The notes under the pieces: model-generated | What the model saw: the letters and a program-made list of their open reading frames with translations, nothing else | Database searches by the model: none | What the model was told of the DNA's origin: nothing | Shown: positions 59,891 through 64,000 of the stretch, one piece after another | Layout of the letters: the number at the start of each line of letters is the position of its first letter | Position numbering within the stretch: the stretch's first letter is position 1 | Assembly (NCBI RefSeq): GCF_020745735.1 | Contig: NC_083409.1 | Location: 20,904,098-20,968,097, forward strand | DNA: 64,000 bases | Direction of reading: 5' to 3' | From: Hemiscyllium ocellatum | Lineage: Eukaryota | Made by a program: the position numbers and the translations under genes

Positions 59891-61499
59891 ATTGTGCGGG
59901 CACGGTGAAACAGCTGCCTTCCAGTAATTATAGAGTACTTGCAATGCAGCTGCGGATTACGGGTAACGACTCCTTCCATTACCCGAGAACAAACCCGCAG
60001 TCTTTCCAGTGGATTCAAGTGGGAATGACCTGTCATTTGCTTCCCAGATATTACATGGTTCACCATCATCATCTCCAGGACAATTCGGGAAGAGCAACAA
60101 ATAACCGACAGGTCAACGCCCACCACATCCCAGGAGAAATCAAAATCAATGGCATCCAATTCAAATGAACCATGTGGTGAGGCTTGAATTCATCTCTTTG
60201 AAAGACTAGAGCCTCGCCCAGAAACAGAGCCTTGAAATTGGTGAACCTGGTTTGTCAGACTGAAGGATGGAGTGTCCTTCCAATTAACAGTGGGATCAGC
60301 AAAAATATGTATCCGCAAATATCTAACAAACAGCCATCAAAGCGTGCCACCAAAGTGCAAAGATCGGTATTTGAAGCTCCACGTCTCCATCTCTATCCTT
60401 GCTTGTTGTTCTTCCCTAATTGTCCTGCAGAGGGCGGTGGTGAACCATGAGTTTCTCGAAGAGGATCTGATAGAGGGACAAGGTCATATCCTCGGCCTGA
60501 GTACCACTGCCTGATCTTCTGTGCTTTTCCAGCGACACACTCTTCGACCCCGCGTAAACTATCCCTCAGGAAAATGAGCTGTGGCACAAGTGGAAACGTT
60601 GGAGTGTTGGATAGGCACCGGCAGCCTGGTCAGCCTACAGAGCGGCAGAAACAGATTTGATGAGGAGCTGATATCCTTCTGAAGTGAGATGCAGACTCAT
60701 GCTTTCAGAGCCACACAGTTTACATTGTTACTGACGTTGGCTCCATGGGCAATGCTACTGTATCATCATCAAAATGGTCATCGGATTGAAAGCCACCTCA
60801 GAAATGAGAGCACAGAATCCAGGCTGAGAATGTGGTGCACTGCTGAAAGTTACACAGTCTCTGGCTCCATCATTTGAGGATCTACCACGACCACACCCCG
60901 ACCACCCCCACCCCCATCACAGGGAGCTCGACAAGATCCCATTCTGAAAGATTCCCTCAGGTAGCCTGCTCACTATTCAACTAGTGCCAACAAAACAGAT
61001 GTTTCGTCATTCATTTACTGTCTGTGGGACCTCACCATCTTGCACGTGAACATGTCTGCTTTCTGCTCACAGCCTTGAATATTCTGAGATGATGAAAAGA
61101 AAACTGCATCAACAAGAGTTCTTTCCTCATTATCACGTGAAAGGGGAGCAATTAGCAAGGGAAAATGCACACTGAGCGCAAACACTGAAGCTTCGGCTGA
61201 AAGGCTTTTCGCATCATGATAACCTGCTCCTTTGGCATTTCCTTCCAATGTCCGAGCTGGTTATCAGGCTGGGATGGAGGCTGACAGATCATATGTAATC
61301 GTTCAGGAAAGGTACACAAGGGCACAGTCCAGGCTTTCTGCAAACATTGAAGAGCTTGGAGATTCTCTGTGGCAGTTTCTCGTGCACATCCTCCATGGAA
61401 TTATCACAGACTTTACTGAAATGAAATGAACTCAGAGAGGAGAAGGGAATGGGAAGAATTAACCAGACAGGCGTGAGTATCAAGAGAGATGGGAGTGTG

Positions 61500-61990
61500 T
61501 GGAAGATTCAGTGCCAATAAAATGCCCAACTGGGTTTCACAAAGAAACTCAAATCGTTACTAGGATACAACGGGGAGAACCCTCACTGACATAAACAGGC
61601 TGAGTGTCAGAGACCCTGAGACTCTGGTGCCTGACTCCCTATGAGGCATTACAGTCAAGGACTGTTCATGTGTCAATAAAGGGAGACTTGGTGCCATAGG
61701 GTTGCGTAATGATTAATGACCGGAGGGGTACAGATTAAAGACAAATGGCAGAATTTTCAGAGGGAACATAAGGACACACATTTTCACCCAGAGGATGGTG
61801 ACAGTCTGGGACTCACTGCCTGTAAGCGTGGTTGAGGCAGAAGCTCTCCCATAATATTGAAGTATTTTGATGTGCAGCTGTGATGGCAAGGCAGACAGGA
61901 CTAGGGGCCAAGTGCTGGAACATGGAATTAGAATAGTGAGGTAGTTGTTTGACTGGCTTAGGCTCAATGGGCCGAAGAGCCTTGATCTTG
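61500..61990 (+). mobile_element. CR1 3' fragment
   Basis: ttttcacccagaggatggtgacagtctgggactcactgcctg is a typical CR1 3' coding end. Confidence 0.7.
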
Positions 61991-62659
61991 TAGACGTGTT
62001 GTAGATGTCTGAATCTGCCAGAACTCCAGCAATGCGGCTGACCCTTACCTGCCATTTGAATGGCCGAGTAAGCCACTCAGTTTCAGGGCGGTTAGGGATA
62101 GGGAACAAATGCTGGTCTTACCAGTGACACCCACATCCCAGGAAAGAATAAACAGCCTCAATAGTAACACCATCACCTGAACTTGCAGGTTTCAAGCCCC
62201 ACTCCAGAGACTGGAGCACTATCCTGAGGCTGGCAAAGGCAAAGTTGCCATCTGCTGGATGATCGGTTAAACATTGCCTTCACAGGGCAATGTGAATGTA
62301 AGGGCTTTCCGATCATCTCAGACAAATCCCCGCCCCCCACCCCCATGTGCTGACCAATACTTCTCTTATAACCAATGGCATTAAGACAGATATAGAAACA
62401 AAATACTACAAATCTCAAATAGAAGTGCGATGCTGGAGAAGTGCGAGAAAGGCAACAGGTGCAGACTCTGTGGGGAGAGGAGGAGCTAACTTTTTGGGTT
62501 TCAGTGATGTTTGAACAAAAAGGCAGCAACATTTTATTTTATTCAATTTTAAGTTGTTTTATATTATTTTATTTAAATTTTGTTGATCAAATTTTAGCCT
62601 GCTTGATTGGCATCACTTCCACACACATTTATTCCCACCACACCAATACTCATTGACAT

Positions 62660-63200
62660 CTGTGTGTACTATTTTCAAGATGCACTGCAACACTGCAATA
62701 AATTAATCAAAAATTCTGAGACAATACTTTCTAAAACCGTGATTACTTGAATCAAGATGGACAAGGGCAGCAGATACAATGGGAACATCACCTCAGCGAG
62801 TTCTCTCTAAGCTATTCACCTGTTTGACTTGGAAATATCATCACTGGGTCAGAATTCTGGGATTCCCTTCCTAAAAACATTGTGGGTCTACATACAGTAC
62901 CATTTTGTCCAGGACAATTAAAGATGGACAGTAAAAAGACTAGTAAATGTAATAGTAGGTGTGATTTAGGGCCAGAAAGTGAGACTGTGATGTTTCAGCA
63001 ATTCCTGGACATTGGTGTGATCACATCTCAAATACTGTATTGTGTGTAGATTTGGCCTCCTTATTGAAGGAAGGATATCAATGCAATAGAGGTGGTTCAA
63101 AGGGGTTTTACCCGATTGATCGCTGGAATGAGGAGGCTGTGTGATGAGGAAAGATTGGAAAGGCTGGCCTTGTTCTCACTGCGGTTTAGAATAGTGAGGG
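62660..63200 (+). mobile_element. LINE 3' fragments (L2-like 62660-62940, CR1 62950-63200)
   Basis: caagggcagcagatacaatgggaacatcacc; gtagatttggcctccttattgaaggaaggatatcaatgc. Confidence 0.55.
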
Positions 63201-64000
63201 GGTTTCCTGTCCAACAGTATTCTCCAACTCCCTGACTGCCTCCCTCATGGGACATACCCTCCTGCCTCTTACTACATGTGGAATTGAACTGTGCAGTCCT
63301 GAGGCCTATAACTTCCTTCTGGCACTCCCTGATATATCACTGGTTTTTCAATTCAGCCTTCATTCCAAATTCCCTGAGTGGGAGTTCCTGTATTTTTATA
63401 CATTCACTGCAGATATATTTACCCTGAACCATTTCAATGCAATAAAGAAATGTTCTCATTTTCAAATGAAAAATATCCATTCCTTCATTAGAGCAGTAAT
63501 TGTCTTCAGTCTCTTTTGAAGTTTCAATACTTTCTATTTATTAACCTTCCCTACTGGACAAGTCCTGAAGCAGTTTATTTATACAGCCCCTCAAATTAAA
63601 CAAATCCCAGATTCCTATTTTCTTGTTTATCATTTTGTTTAATTCAAACCAAATGCATGTGCAGGCTCACAGCAGCTGAAGTGACAGTTCCAAATCAGTT
63701 TGAAAAAGCAAAGGTTGACTCCTTCCCCCAGTTCACCGAACTCCCACACTGACCAAACTTCCCTGCATTCCCCTCTGCGCTGACTGCACTCAGTGCTAGC
63801 TGCAGTATATAGGCTGCCCTCTATTTATATTGTTTCTGATTTATATCACTCCATTCTGTTGTGCTGTTGTTCAGGATCTGTGTTAAACTCACTCATTTCC
63901 CAATCGAAAGCTTCCTTCTTTCAGCCTGAGAGACATTTTACATTTGCAACCAGGAAATATTACTTCAAAGCTGCAATCTGTTCTCAGGATTGATGGGCTC

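Noticed and set aside
43737-64000. Ig J or V segments and recombination signal sequences
   Set aside because: No FGxGT exon or heptamer-12/23-nonamer found by eye. The CACAGTG/CACTGTG hits I examined lie in SINE heads, the Tx1 3'UTR or lack a nonamer. A degenerate RSS could have been missed.

Overview
Vertebrate genomic DNA, almost certainly a shark (elasmobranch): many HE1-type SINEs, CR1 LINE debris, Penelope-like GIY-YIG elements and a shark-type Ig light-chain constant exon. No prokaryotic genes, rRNA, true tRNA or CRISPR arrays are seen, and most of the window is decayed transposable elements. The one recognisable host gene is an Ig light-chain (NS4/kappa-like) constant exon on the minus strand at 43415-43736. 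It is disabled by a stop codon, loss of the second Cys and a frameshift, and I found no J or V in the 20 kb upstream. About 27 bp beyond its AATAAA starts an 11-kb nest (31995-43061) of Tx1-clade non-LTR retrotransposon copies. The nest is punctuated five times by one 13-bp motif (TCCAATGTACACA), which suggests repeated insertion at one site, and both 5'-complete copies appear inserted into the element's own 3'UTR hairpin. Penelope tails carry minimal hammerhead ribozyme cores. All family assignments come from remembered motifs, not database searches, and TE boundaries are approximate (tens of bp).
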